Source: Raillietiella orientalis | Lineage: Eukaryota | DNA: 64,000 nucleotides | Direction: 5' to 3' | Assembly: GCA_036172245.1 (NCBI GenBank) | Contig: JAYWIR010000013.1 | Span: forward strand, 1,426,001-1,490,000 | Shown here: positions 14,301 through 27,098 of the stretch, piece by piece | Layout of the letters: each line of letters opens with the position of its first letter | How positions within the stretch are numbered: position 1 is the first letter of the stretch | Notes under the pieces: generated by a model | What the model was told of the DNA's origin: nothing | The model's input: only the letters and a program-made list of their open reading frames with translations | Database searches by the model: none | Position numbers and translations under genes: made by a program

Positions 14301-15497
14301 GAATGCGATTCCAGAAAGACGTACATTAGTTTTGTACACTGAATATCTTGAAAGAAAGCCGTTCTTTTTTGCATACATGTTCTTGAAGCTGTACATTCTG
14401 CAGATGTTTGCAGTAATTTCACTGAATGATTCGTGGTTCTCGCTTCACTTTGAAGACCTGCACTAAGGATGGGAGAGATCCGTTATCATTTTATGCCTAA
14501 AACTCTTTCCTTTGTGACTTTAATAAAATGGAAGGAATCCATTTGTTTAATTTGCAGTTGATATCTAGTAATCAAGACTTCCGAGAAGCTTCATACCACT
14601 TCCTATCCCGTTACACGGTCCTTGCTCCACACGAATTGTTTCACTTTTTGCATAGCTTTGTGCACAAGTTCACGCTATCAGCGGACAATAATCAGTATTA
14701 CTGTCACACTAAATGGTGACGTTTCTAGAGGTTCTCCCCAAGTTTTCATATCATTCAAGGTACGTACTCATTTCTAGAGGACGCTTAGTTTCCAACGTTC
14801 ACACGTACGTATGTTAACAAACGGAGTTCCCTCTCTGGTTTCCATTTAGAAGGATGGCAAAAAGGAAAACGCGAAAACTAGGAAAAGGGGTTTTGGAAAC
14901 GATAATCATGGGTTCCAAGGTCTTCTGAGATTTCTACAAAAGCGTGTTGCAGAAGACAAAGCCTCTATTGAATAAGGAGAAAAAAGAAAATAGTTTTATT
15001 TTCAAATCATTAGTATTATTTTAAAAAAATTATTGTAAAAAATGGTTTTACTTTATTTCAAGGGCATGTCCTTATTCCCTTTGAAAGTACCAACTCCACA
15101 GCATCAGAGGAAGCTGTGGAGAAGACCGGAAGGAACTTGAGTGCAATTCAAACGTTGCAACTTCTCTGAAAAGGGTAACCTTGGTGTTTTCCTTGGCTGT
15201 ACAAATGGTCACAATATTCAGAAAGCTTGTTTCCCTCCCTTGACTGAATTAGAGATTGGCACTTGCTACATCTCCTCACAGGGATATTTGCATGTACCGC
15301 ACGTTCCGTAATTGGTGTCCACGCCTACTGATTGGAGAACCGTACGTATTTACTGGGATTCTCTTTCGAAACCTGTGTAGTATCATTCGGATGAAACAGT
15401 AGCAGCTGATGCTGACGCTACCCAAAAGTGCCATGTGATTATATATTTTAAAACTCAGGATTTGGAATAGTCGTTTATTCAAAGCTTTGAAACAAAA

Positions 15498-17720
15498 ATG
15501 GATTGTCAACAAGGAAAGGCGGAGGGAGGGAACAACAAAGTCAAACTCTTGAATCAGCTAGGTGTTTTGGAAGGCGTGGCTGTCATTCTTGGAACCATGA
15601 TCGGCTCAGGTAAACTTGCTTTCCCCTTTTAAGCATGCTTTTAATTTGCATGTATTTAAAATTACGCATCTTTAAAGCAGCCATCTGAAAGATGGAGCGT
15701 TATAAAGGATCCTATCACGAACAATTGAATTAAGAAACCAATAATTTGGCATGAAAAGGTATGCGAAATGTTTATGTTTTAACTGAAGATTAAGTTTTGT
15801 ATTTTAAATACTATTATGGAACTATTTTTTTTTTTTTTTGTCAAGCACGTTTGTATTCACAGTGTAGTGTCTACATATGGTGCAGTGAATTATAATTTTT
15901 AATAGATATCTTTCCACGGAAGTACATCTAAAACCTCTTTTCGAAAATAGGGATTTTCGTTTCACCTAAAGGAGTTCTGCAGAATGTGGGATCCGTTGGT
16001 AGCGCACTTATTACTTGGGTAGTCTGTGGTTTCCTTGCTTTGGTTGGTGCATTATGCTATGCTGAACTGGGAACCACGGTACCAAAGTCCGGTGGTGATT
16101 ATGCCTACATCTATGAAGCATTTGGGTCACTTCCAGCATTCTTATATTTATGGGATGCTGCTTTAATTTTTATGTAGGTGATGGTGACCTTCTGGTTGTG
16201 CTATAATGTCAGGAGTATGTAAACCAAAAAATATGTGTTTGTTGCTTGATTTTAGACCTACTGCAAATGCTATTATGGGGCTGACGTTTGCCAAGTATGT
16301 TGTTCAACCCTATTTTGAATTTGGTCAAGTTCCAGACAATGCTGTTCGACTTTTGGCTGCTGCTGCTATTTGTGAGTTCAAAATTCCACGTTTGCATAAT
16401 CAGCTTAGGTATTCTTACATTCGTTAATTGCTGCAATGTAAATATTACCTCAAAATTGGGCGACTTTTTTATGGTAACCAAGGTGGGAGTTCTAGTGATG
16501 ATCATAATAATTGGACTTATTTATTTGTGCATGGGTGAGATCACTGTTCAACTCTAAAAAAAATTAGAGTTCTGTATTGCAGGTAATACAAGGAGCTTTG
16601 AAAGCTTTTTTGCAAACAGTGCTTCGGACCCAGGCTCTGTTGCTGTTGCTTTCTATGCAGGGATGTTCTCTTATTCAGGATGGTAGGTAAAAGAACTGAT
16701 TGCTGAATGATGAATGCACTTATCTAAGGAACTACTTGAATTTTATCACTGAAGAACTCAGGGATCCTTATATGTATGATAAATAATAATGATAGTGGCA
16801 ATATTATTAGATTGTGTTTAGCAATTTGCCTCGAGCCATTTATATATCTTTACCAGTGGTGACTTTTATTTATGTGATGACAAATATAGCCTATTTGGCA
16901 GTGCTGACTCCCCAGCAGATGCTGGCATCTGAAGCAATTGCAGTGGTCGGTAATTCCGTTTTGCTTATCAATCTTGTCTTTACTATAAGTAATAGACTTT
17001 TGGAGACATGGTTCTTGGATATGCACGTTGGTTGATGCCTTTGATGGTCGCCATTTCTGCTCTCGGTGGCTTGTCAGTCCACATAATGACATGTTCTCGG
17101 TAAGGGGAATGCAGAATACTGGTAGGTATGCTCATCTCCGATTGAGGTTAATGTTTGTGGGAGCTCGCCAAGGATTGTTTCCGCATGTGCTGGCTTTAAT
17201 TGATGTTCGACATTTGACACCATCACCATCACTCATCATAATGGTGACTGATAACCTGCACAGAATTCCTCTATCCTTTTTCACCACCAGGGGCTGCTTT
17301 CCCTTCTTATGCTGACCTTCAATGATATTTATTCATTGATTGAATATGCAAGCTTTGTGGAATCCATGTTTATATTGATCACCATGCTAGGTCTTTTGTA
17401 TATGCGTTGGCGTCAGCCATCTCGACCTAGACCCATTAAGGTATCCCACTAATGCCTCAACCAGTATCCTGGACTTTCAATTCTAGGTACCCCTAATATT
17501 ACCCATTACTTTTCTCCTCATCTCTGGCTTTTTAACTGTGCTGCCTTTGTATGTACGACCCTGGGAGGTTGGTATGGGTTTGCTGCTCACTGCCACAGGC
17601 ATTCCTGTATACCTTGTGTGCATTCAACATAAGCATAAGCCCAAGTGGCTAGTCCATGCGCTCACTCAAATCACGCACGTTGTTCAGAAGTTGCTGCTTG
17701 CTGTACAAGAAGAGCATTAA
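15498..17720 (+). CDS. L-type amino-acid transporter light chain (SLC7A, LAT/HAT family), multi-exon
   Basis: Exon 1 (15498-15609) gives MDCQ...[14 protein letters not shown] and splices to exon 2 at 15951 (GIFVSPKGV). Family motifs follow: [50 protein letters not shown]. Stop TAA at 17718-17720. The exact ortholog was not resolved. Confidence 0.9.
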
Positions 17721-17785
17721 AGTTGGATGGAAGTTTTTGCATGATTTTTAGATTGGGAGATCGAGGTGGGAGGCTATGCCTATTA

Positions 17786-17791
17786 AATAAA
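17786..17791 (+). promoter_or_regulatory. Candidate polyadenylation signal of the SLC7 gene
   Basis: AATAAA 66 nt after the SLC7 stop; it is the only one in the 143-nt gap before V-ATPase F. Confidence 0.5.
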
Positions 17792-17863
17792 TACCACCTT
17801 ACAGTTTTACATGGAGTGCATGTACTGTAACAATTCAGTAACTCTCTTTTAGCTGAATTTTAC

Positions 17864-18411
17864 ATGGCACTCAGCAAAGGACAATTGATGGCAGTGATAG
17901 GAGATGAGGTGGGATAAATACCCAATCCTGATACTCCGAATTAGTTTCAGGATACATGTGTTGGGTTGTTACTAGCTGGTATAGGAGAAGTCAGCAAGCC
18001 ACGCCAGACCAATTATTTGGTGGTAGATAAACGTAAGCTTTCTTTGCAAAATTAAGGAATTTCAGCATTGAAATCCAAGGAACTAGCATCAGTGAAATTG
18101 AGGAATGCTTTTGGAGCTTTGTCAATAGGGATGATATTGCCATTATTATGATCAACCAGTTTGTAAGTTTAGGTTATTGCCTACATTAGTTTTGATTCTT
18201 TGGTCACAGGTAGCAGAGATGATTCGGCATGTGCTAGATTCATATTCCCAGCCCATTCCTGCCATCTTGGAGATACCATCCAAAGACCATCCCTATGATG
18301 CTTCCAAAGATTCCATTTTGAGAAGAGCCAAGGTACATTAAACAAGTGTGGAGTCCTTTCACTAACTGATCTCATTTGTAGGGTCTGTTTAATCCAGAGG
18401 ATATCCATTAG
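17864..18411 (+). CDS. ATP6V1F: V-type proton ATPase subunit F (missed by the ORF track)
   Basis: Exons 17864-17908, 17951-18032, 18080-18162, 18210-18332 and 18382-18411 total 363 nt (120 aa): [28 protein letters not shown]...[11 protein letters not shown]...[28 protein letters not shown]. Confidence 0.95.
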
Positions 18412-18798
18412 CATTCCCTGATGGTTTTTGTATCTGTTATTTTAAGTGTTAGGGAAGGAATTTGAACATACATTCACTAGTCATTTCAGTAATATTGACA
18501 AAATGTTTTGATTGCAATTACTGAATCTTTAAGCAGTCTGTTTGTGCATCTGATTTTTTGTTGAAGTCGGAAAATTTATTCGAAATCCTTAGAAGTGAAG
18601 AACTGATTTTTAGATACATTATAAGAGAAGTAGTCTGCATTTTAGAGCAGCAAAACATCCTGGATGATTTGATTATGAAATGCATTTGCAAACGCACAAA
18701 AAAAACGTTCTGTCATTGCTACATAAACTGTCGGTTGCATGTTTCTCCGTTTTCATGACTATTATTTTTCAGTGACAGAAATGAATATAAGATTTCCT

Positions 18799-18972
18799 TC
18801 TTACTCAGGATAGTAGGTAATGGAATCAATTGAAGAATAATGAATGCACTTATCTGAGGAACTATCTGAATTTCATCTCTAAAGAACTCCGGGATCCTAA
18901 GCAGTAGGGATCGGAATGAGTTTGCATTATTATTTTGAAGAAAATTCACATAAGGTTTTGGGTTGCCTTCCT
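18799..18972 (+). pseudogene. Intron-containing pseudogene fragment of an SLC7 paralog
   Basis: 18799-18898 aligns without gaps to 16669-16768 of the SLC7 gene (offset 2130; 83/100 identical by manual count), covering an exon end, an intron and the NYLNFI..ELRDP exon. The Trp of YSGW becomes TAG after splicing. Weak similarity continues to ~18972. Confidence 0.85.
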
Positions 18973-21900
18973 GAGGCAAATCGAATTTAAAGCGTTTCTC
19001 TTATTTGCACAACGCATTATTTGTTTGCGATTTGGTGCTTGTGATGTTTTTATTTTGTTGTATAAAGAACTTACGCTCCTATCAAAACAGTGCACTACAG
19101 AAGTTTACGGTGAACAAGTGTTTCACGCAAACTATTACAGTCATTCACTCGTTATCCATTCAAAAATAAATTTACTGATGGATGAAGCAAAATGCGTACG
19201 GACATGCCTCAAGCGCCATGCTTTCGGTTTGTTAAGCCGACTTGCCTGCAAAGTTAGCATGAGATTATCACGTGGAAGAAAGTACCGCTACTTTCGCCTT
19301 TAAAGCAAAGCCACACAAAAGGAAGGCCTCGATATACGAATACCGATAAAACAAACTTAGATTCATAGCTTCGTTTTTCATCATCCCACATCCATCTATG
19401 AACCAATGCACTACATTTTCATTCCTGCATTCTCCCTGAAAAGTTAATACGCCCATCAATTGCTTGCTCACTTTTAACGTGTGCATAAGTTGCATAGAGT
19501 GAACAAATATTTCTGTCTCATAGGTACTGACGTAAAATACAAAACTGCTTGAAATCATACTCTTCGTGAGCTGCTGTGACATGTGATTTTTATTTACGCT
19601 AAAGAGTCTAGGATAGCCTTCATTGGGAATGTAAAAGAAACGAATTTCACATTGGAGTTTGGTTTTCCGTGAACTGCATGCTGAACGAGGTGCTTCGTTA
19701 AACAGCAATTTCCAGTGTCTGTCGTTATACCAGTGGGGGTTCTAATCCTTCCTCTGCAATCTCACAATATGAGCAATGCGTTTGTTTCTAGTGTGCATTC
19801 TACAAACCACATTTAAGTACATAATGGGATTGGAAACCACGTGTGAGGAACCCAATTCATAGAGGCTAAGGCCAAGTTTATGCAGATTCTTGAACACCTC
19901 CATGTCTTCGAGCAAACCCACAAGCACCACAAAAAAGTTGGCCACGCCAAGGTTTTCCCTCTTCGTGAGAATTTCGAACAACATGATGTGCACTAAAGAA
20001 GCAGCCTAAATCGTTTCTCTTCCATTTATCGTCATTGTATATTCGTATCAATACTAAGGTATAAACAGCTTAATAAAAGCATCATAATGACAGAATGTTT
20101 TATTCAAGCAGAAGATAGAATTACAAGTTACAGTACTTAGTGGGTAATCACAAACACATAATCCATAATAAGGAATCATCAAAAACGAATATATGACTGG
20201 TGACAGTAAAATATCAAATGGAAAATCAAATTTCCTAATGATGTGGTTATTTCGAGCTTGTTGGTTACTTATATGGTATTAATGCATAAGTTTCCCAGAT
20301 AAGAATGCAAAAATTCTCATGAAAGGGCTCATATTGCATTTCTTTTACTCTTGAGGAATGGAATACTGAAAAACAGCTGGTGTTATAAAAAGCACTTTTT
20401 CATCTTGAAGACAAACAATCCAGACGGCAAAATAAGTACTAATTTCAGATATATCCAAGCGGCTGTTAATTTCCATACATAGATCAAAATACAATTTCAC
20501 CTTTAAAAAAGCATCTCAGGAAGTTATAAATTTAATGCTGTTAAGAAATAAAAAACATTCTACATAAACACTTTTGAAATGACTTAATCTTTAAAAACAG
20601 GTTTCTTTTATTATCGAGATAGAGTTACCTCAGAATTTTGCTAATCATGCTATTTTCAGTTTGGATTTCACTGAGTTTTTAGTATTCGTTTAGAAAGGAG
20701 AAAGATATTTTTACCCAATTATAGCATTACTATTATCCACAGAAGTCAAATGTTTATATACAAATGTTTTCAATAATCAGCAAGATCATAATTGCTAATT
20801 ACTGACTATTGAATTGCTCTTGAATTTGCACTCTCCATGGAGAATCATTCCAAATGACTGTTTTCATAATTTGAACATTAAGGTATGCAAGTATCATATG
20901 AATTTAAATTCTAAAAATGGAATATGAAAGTAAAGGAAGTGATTTCTGACAAAAAATTGGCATTGTTCTGAAATAAATGAAATCATTTTTTTACTCTATG
21001 CAGCTACCAATTCTGATTTACTCAACTATATTATAGCTTGCACATGTATGTGGAGTTCGTCATTTGTTCTAATACGTAATATTTCCATTTTTTGTTCAAC
21101 TCCTAGGAGAAAAGGCAAAGATTTAAAAGCAGAACTGTATTTTGTGGAATATTGTGACATTCGCATTGCCTGTGAAAATGTGAAAGAATTCGTCTTTAAG
21201 CTCTTGGGAAGACCACAAATTCTCGAATCGTTCCAGGCGCTGCTTAACTAGAAAACGGCGGAATAAAATTTCGTAGTTTGCGGGAAAAGACGGGAGCAAA
21301 TGGTTTCCAGTGGAAGGATGCAGTTTTGCCCAAATACTTTTTTTTTTTTTTACTAAATAAGTTTCAAAAAAATAAGTGAGATTTTATAAGATGTACGAAT
21401 GTCTAAAAATATGCTCCGACCGAATACGTTTATGCATACAAATGTGTATATGTGGATAGTTTTCATTATTGAAGACCGACTTGGTTTTTGCAACGAATTG
21501 AATGACTGTAACACGTTTGGTTATACCCAGGAGCCGAACTTATGATCAATTGTGATGTATTGTTTTAAAATGAAATGATTGAGACTTTCTTTTGACCACA
21601 GGTACATCAATTGTAATTAGTAGTTCGTTATCGTAGCAAGCCATAGTCGCTTTTTCTTTACAGGGATTACCTTACCTTAGTACGTAAAAGGAAAGAGGAA
21701 AAATTTCGTTTGCTGAAAATCATGTAGTGATTAAATGGTTTCGAATTTTGAAAAGATGGCGTTATTTTTCGTGGAGTTGAATTTGGATGGGAATGTGTTA
21801 AAATGTATGAAATAATTGAAATTCAGATTATATATTACATGTGATATTCTCAAGAAAAAAATAGTACATTGTCAACTTTGAAGCAAATTTCGTGAGATGA

Positions 21901-24343
21901 AAACTTTGCATGGTGGAATATTTTTTTCTGACCGTTTTTTAAAATTCCAATCTCAAATTGTTCCTGGAGACAGCAAATTTGAATTTATTTTTGCAATAGA
22001 ACGTTCAGACTTGCAAAAAGGTAATGTTTATGTATTCATGTTCACTCAACTAATTAGCAAAGTGTACCGTTATTCCAATAATTCTTGAGTTGGGTTTTGA
22101 ATAATAGCATATATTCCATATTTTGGAGATACTTAAAATGCTATCTTGTTCAGGCAAACTGATACCATGTTGTCACTGTGTGTTGCTACTAGTTATCCAT
22201 TTTTTCTTATATATGCTGTTTCATTTTTTCTGATATACATAGTTGTATTGTGTGGAAGTGAATTAAAAGTAAGTCATCAACATAGTAATAAATTCCTGTT
22301 TGCATTACCTATATTTCTTTTGTGCTTGGATGTAATTTAGGTTATTATTCGCCTGTTTGTTTGCAGCAATAAGTGCAAAATTTTTGTTATTGTTGTTGAA
22401 CTTAAGTTATCATGGTATTTAATGTTTCTATTTTCAGACTTAGATGCTTCTGCTACATCATCATGATGTCAAGCTTTTTAGATTTTGGTTTGTATGTTCT
22501 TAAGTGTTTTGTCAGCATTTATTGTTACTAAGTACTTTGTATGTCTTCATAAAAATTTTGGTGTTAACTATAAAACATTAGTTCTTTGGGAATTTGTTCA
22601 GTGCATTATTTTGTTTTGGTGGTTATCAAACTGGTCAAAGTTCTTTATTTTTTAATTTCATCAGGGGTTGATGTAACACGAATATTCTCACTTAACAATA
22701 AAAAAGCCATATTAGATCCAAGTGTTTAAAACTCTTTTGTTAATGATGGATAATAAATAATTTAAAATTATTAAATGTAGTATTATTAAAGTGCATATTT
22801 CAAACTTGTGGTTTGCAATGCTTATTTAACAGAGAACATGTGCATTGTGTAGGTAAATTGTTTGCATGGGTAACAAATGGATCAAAAACCTTAAAGAGAA
22901 GAAGAAATAAAAGTGAAATTACAATCCCTGGATATGATGGAAATGGTCTAATAATTCTAGTAACATGATAAGAATTGTATTAAGCATTCCAAGAGTGCAA
23001 TGTTTTTTTTGACCAAAGATGTGTTGGAACTAACAATATTTTAGAAAATGATTATTTCAGCATGGTTACCAATGGTTAAGTCAAAAAATACATCATTCCA
23101 CTTAACAGTAACAAAAAATCATTGTGTGAATGCTGTATTGTCCATTGTTGAAACTTTGTGCATCAATAGTAATATCATCCATTGCAATATATTGAGTAAC
23201 ATCATTTACCATGTTACATTTCTTTTTTTCGTTTTAAAAAAAAGTACTCTGTGTAAGATGCATTTTGTTGCAAATGGGATACCAGCATGTAAACTTTGTG
23301 ATTTTTATAAATCCGCTGTAGGGTTTAAAAATAATTCTTTGATAACATCGATTTATGAATGATGTTAAGATGGTTTGCAAGTTCTCTGAATGTTCCGAGT
23401 TTTTTCTTTTTTTAAATTCCATCCACCTAAAAAGAGAATCGTAGAGAATTGTATTTTAAATTGGTTCACCTTTGCTGGGAAGACTCCAGTAGAATTATTT
23501 GAATAAAATACCAAAGTACAGGTACTGTCCACTCAACTACACATATTCACATTTGAATCAGTAACATAGCAATTGTTTGGAATCTACCAAATTGAAATTA
23601 AAAGAAAATGCATTTTTTGAATTAGACTTCAATTCAAAAAGATATGAAAGAACAAACAAATCCCAAAGCAAACATGTCTAAGAATTTGAAGTGTTGCACT
23701 TTTTGAGCTTGGTCTCAAATCAGCAAAAAGTCAAGCAACTGTGAATAGGCATCACCAAGCTGTGAAGCACTTGTGTCATCCTTTAAAATGTTGATGAGTT
23801 TCTGAAAGCGTTTATTTTCATAAGTTACTGCCTTTGGTGAATGTTGACCTTATTATTTATTTGTGGATTCTACTTTTTTGTTTCACTTGATTTTGTGATA
23901 GTGCAAAAGCTTGGGTGAATGCAAAATATTGTATAAAATATGAAATTCTGAAAATATGAATTTAGTGATTGATTTTTGTTTTCCTGTCTTGTTTTAGAAT
24001 GCATTATCTGGTGTTGAAAATTCAAAAGTTTGTGATCACATTCAATTCATGAAAATATGTCATAAATTTAAGTTTTTCAATTGACTTGTATTATATTCAA
24101 TCATTTGTCATGTCATTCAGTGAAAGAATACTCGTCATGTAAATTACTCAAATGAAAATGAATTGTCTCTCGTTATTTCTTCACAACAAATCACTATCTA
24201 GATATAGATTTATTATACTCAAGAATAATTATTAACAATTACTTATTTCGTACGCAATGAGAAAAACTTTGAAGCATATCTAAATAAAGAAAATGCTTTT
24301 CTGATTAAACTGCATATCCTATGGGATTGGTGGGTTCTTGAAG

Positions 24344-27098
24344 ATGTCCAGTGTTAGAAATCAGAATCCTACTGGACTTAAGCAAACTGGTCTAGAACAA
24401 ATATGGGGTGACTTAAGATTAGGTATTGAGCAAGTATACCATCGTCAGTCTATGTCCAGAGCCAGATACATGGAACTTTACACGTATCCTTTCTGAATGT
24501 TGTCGTTTAGCAGTTGTGATAGACAGCTGGAAAAAATAATAATTGTGTCGAACATTAATTCATAATAATTATGAAAAACCTGAACTGTATTTGTCTGTTG
24601 ATTCCTAAATTTCACCTAGACATGTGTACAATTATTGCACTAGTGTACATCATACTGAGTCTCGCACAAATTTGCCAAGAAACAAAAAGGGAACTACTGG
24701 TGGAGGCGCCCAGTTTGTTGGTCATGAACTTTATAAAAGGCTGAAGGAGTTTTTGAAAAGTTATTTGATGCAGTTGCTGAAGGTGAATTCATGGTAAAAT
24801 TTTTAAGCATGCTTGTCATGTGTTCTCAGGATGGCATTGATCTAATGGATGAAGCAGTGCTCAGCTTCTATACAGTGCAGTGGGAAGAATATCAGTTCAG
24901 TTCCAAAGTTCTGCATGGCTTCTGTTCATATCTTAATAGGTAACATGAATGGCTTGTTTTGAATAAAATGGCTTTTTAGGCACTGGGTTCGACGTGAATG
25001 TGATGAAGGTAGAAAAGGTATATTTGAGATTTACCAATTGGCTTTGGTGATTTGGAGGGAAAATCTGTTTAAGCCATTGCACAAACAGGTAGCTCACGGT
25101 TTTCTTCATGTATTCACGTAATGGTTTTATGTAAGGTAACTAATGCAGTGCTGAAACTGATTGAAAGGGAACGAAATGGAGAAACAGTGAATACGCGATT
25201 AATTAGTGGTGTAATGAATTGTTATGTAGAGCTAGGTATAATTCACCTAGTTTAAAGTCTTTGCTTTTTGTGGGTTTACTTGTAGGTTTAAACGAAGATA
25301 TGCCAACTGCTAAAGGACAGAATCTTAGTGTTTATAAGGATACATTTGAAGAACACTTTTTAAAAGATACAGAACGCTTTTATGTTCGAGAAAGTCTAGA
25401 ATTCTTACAACAAAATCCGGTGACTGAATATATGAAAAAGGTAATTCCGTAGTGTACTTATGTTTCATGTAAGTTGTTAGGCTGAGTTGAGATTGGCAGA
25501 GGAACAGCACCGGGTGCAAAAGTACCTTCATGTTACTACTCTTGAGCGGCTATGCCAGACCTGTGAAAGAGTTTTAATTCAGAAACACTTGGATATTTTG
25601 TATGCCGAATTCAAGAATCTTTTAAATGATGATAAAAATGAAGACTTAGGAAGAATGTTTCAGTTAGTCTCTCGTATTCAAGATGGTTTATGTGAATTGC
25701 GAACTTTGCTAGAAGAGCATATAGGGCAACAGGGATTATCAGCTCTCGAAAAATGCACAGATTTTGCATTGAGTGTGAGTAACAAAGAAGAAAACTTAAG
25801 TCAGTGCTGATTCAGGATCCCAAAACTTATGTTAGGACAATACTCAGTGTGCACCGTAAGTATAATGGATTAGTTCTAACTTCCTTTGGCAATGAATCCG
25901 GTTTCGTGGCTGCTTTGGATAAAGCTTGCGGCCGTTTCATTAATGATAATGCTGTCACCAAACTGGCTGGTAACTCCTCCAAATCCCCTGAACTTCTAGC
26001 ACGCTATTGTGATATGCTATTGAAGAAATCAAGCAAGAATCCAGAGGAAGCTGAGCTTGAAGACACACTGAATCAAGTGGTTGGTATGACAGGATTCAGT
26101 GCTAAAATATCATTTACTCATAGATGATCGTATTCAAATACATTGAAGACAAGGATGTCTTTCAACGGTTCTACAGCAAAATGCTTGCAAAACGACTAGT
26201 GGGCTATCTGTCTGCCAGTGATGATGCAGAAGCTTTCATGATTTCGAAACTGAAACAAATTTGTGGTTATGAGTACACCAATAAGTTGCAGCGCATGTTC
26301 CAAGATATTGGCATTTCCAAAGATCTAAATGAGTCGTTTCGTCAGTATCAAGGAAAATTTGGAATAGTACTGGATGTGGACTTCACTATTCAAGTGTTGT
26401 GTTCTGGTGCCTGGCCTTTTCAGCAGTCATGTTCCTTTGTTCTACCATCCGAACTAGAGCAAAGTCTTACTAGTTTCACCAATTTTTATAGTAGCCAGCA
26501 TATTGGACGCAAGCTTCATTGGTTGTACAGTATGTCTAGAGGAGAACTGGTTTACAATGCTAGTTTGAGGAACCGTTACACCTTACAAGCATCCACATTT
26601 CAGATGTCTGTTTTATTGCAATTCAACATTGCTCCCAGCTGGTCATTGCAGCAGCTTAGTGAAAATACGCAAATCAAAATTGATGTTGTTGTGCAAGTGA
26701 GTCAGATTCTTCTCCGATGCAAATTAATGCAATGTGATGAAGATGAAAATGATGTTCATCCGCAGTCTGTGCTTACATTATACAAAGATTATAAAAACAA
26801 AAAGCTTCGGGTGAATATCAATGTGCCCTTGAAGATGGAGCTGAAAATTGAACAAGAAGCAACTCACAAACATATAGAGGAGGACCGCAAGTTACTGATT
26901 CAAGCAGCCATAGTGAGGATTATGAAGACTCGTAAAGTTTATAAACATCAACAACTTGTTGCTGAAGTACTAAATCAGCTGTCCCCACGTTTTAAGCCCA
27001 AAGTGCAAATTATTAAGAAGTGCATTGACATATTGATTGAAAAGGAGTATTTGGAAAGGAAGGAGGGAGAGAAAGATACATATAGTTATATGGCATAA
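24344..27098 (+). CDS. CUL1: Cullin-1 (SCF ubiquitin ligase scaffold), 9 coding exons
   Basis: N-terminus [41 protein letters not shown]; internal [11 protein letters not shown] and [12 protein letters not shown]-terminal neddylation motif [10 protein letters not shown] and end KDTYSYMA. Eight introns lie before a 975-nt last exon (26124-27098). Confidence 0.97.
24484..24619 (+). other. U12-type (minor spliceosome) GT-AG intron in CUL1
   Basis: The 5' splice site is GTATCCTTT, matching the U12 consensus. A branch-point-like TTCCTAAAT at 24602-24610 lies just before the terminal AG. Removing the intron restores MELYT/HVYNY. Confidence 0.85.

Noticed and set aside
17441..17486. SLC7 intron starting GTATCC as a second U12 intron
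   Set aside because: It continues CAC rather than TTT, is only 46 nt, and has no well-placed U12 branch motif.
20100..20700. Possible spliced minus-strand transcript diverging from the CUL1 upstream region
   Set aside because: Only generic splice-like and AATAAA motifs in AT-rich DNA; the joined frames are closed.
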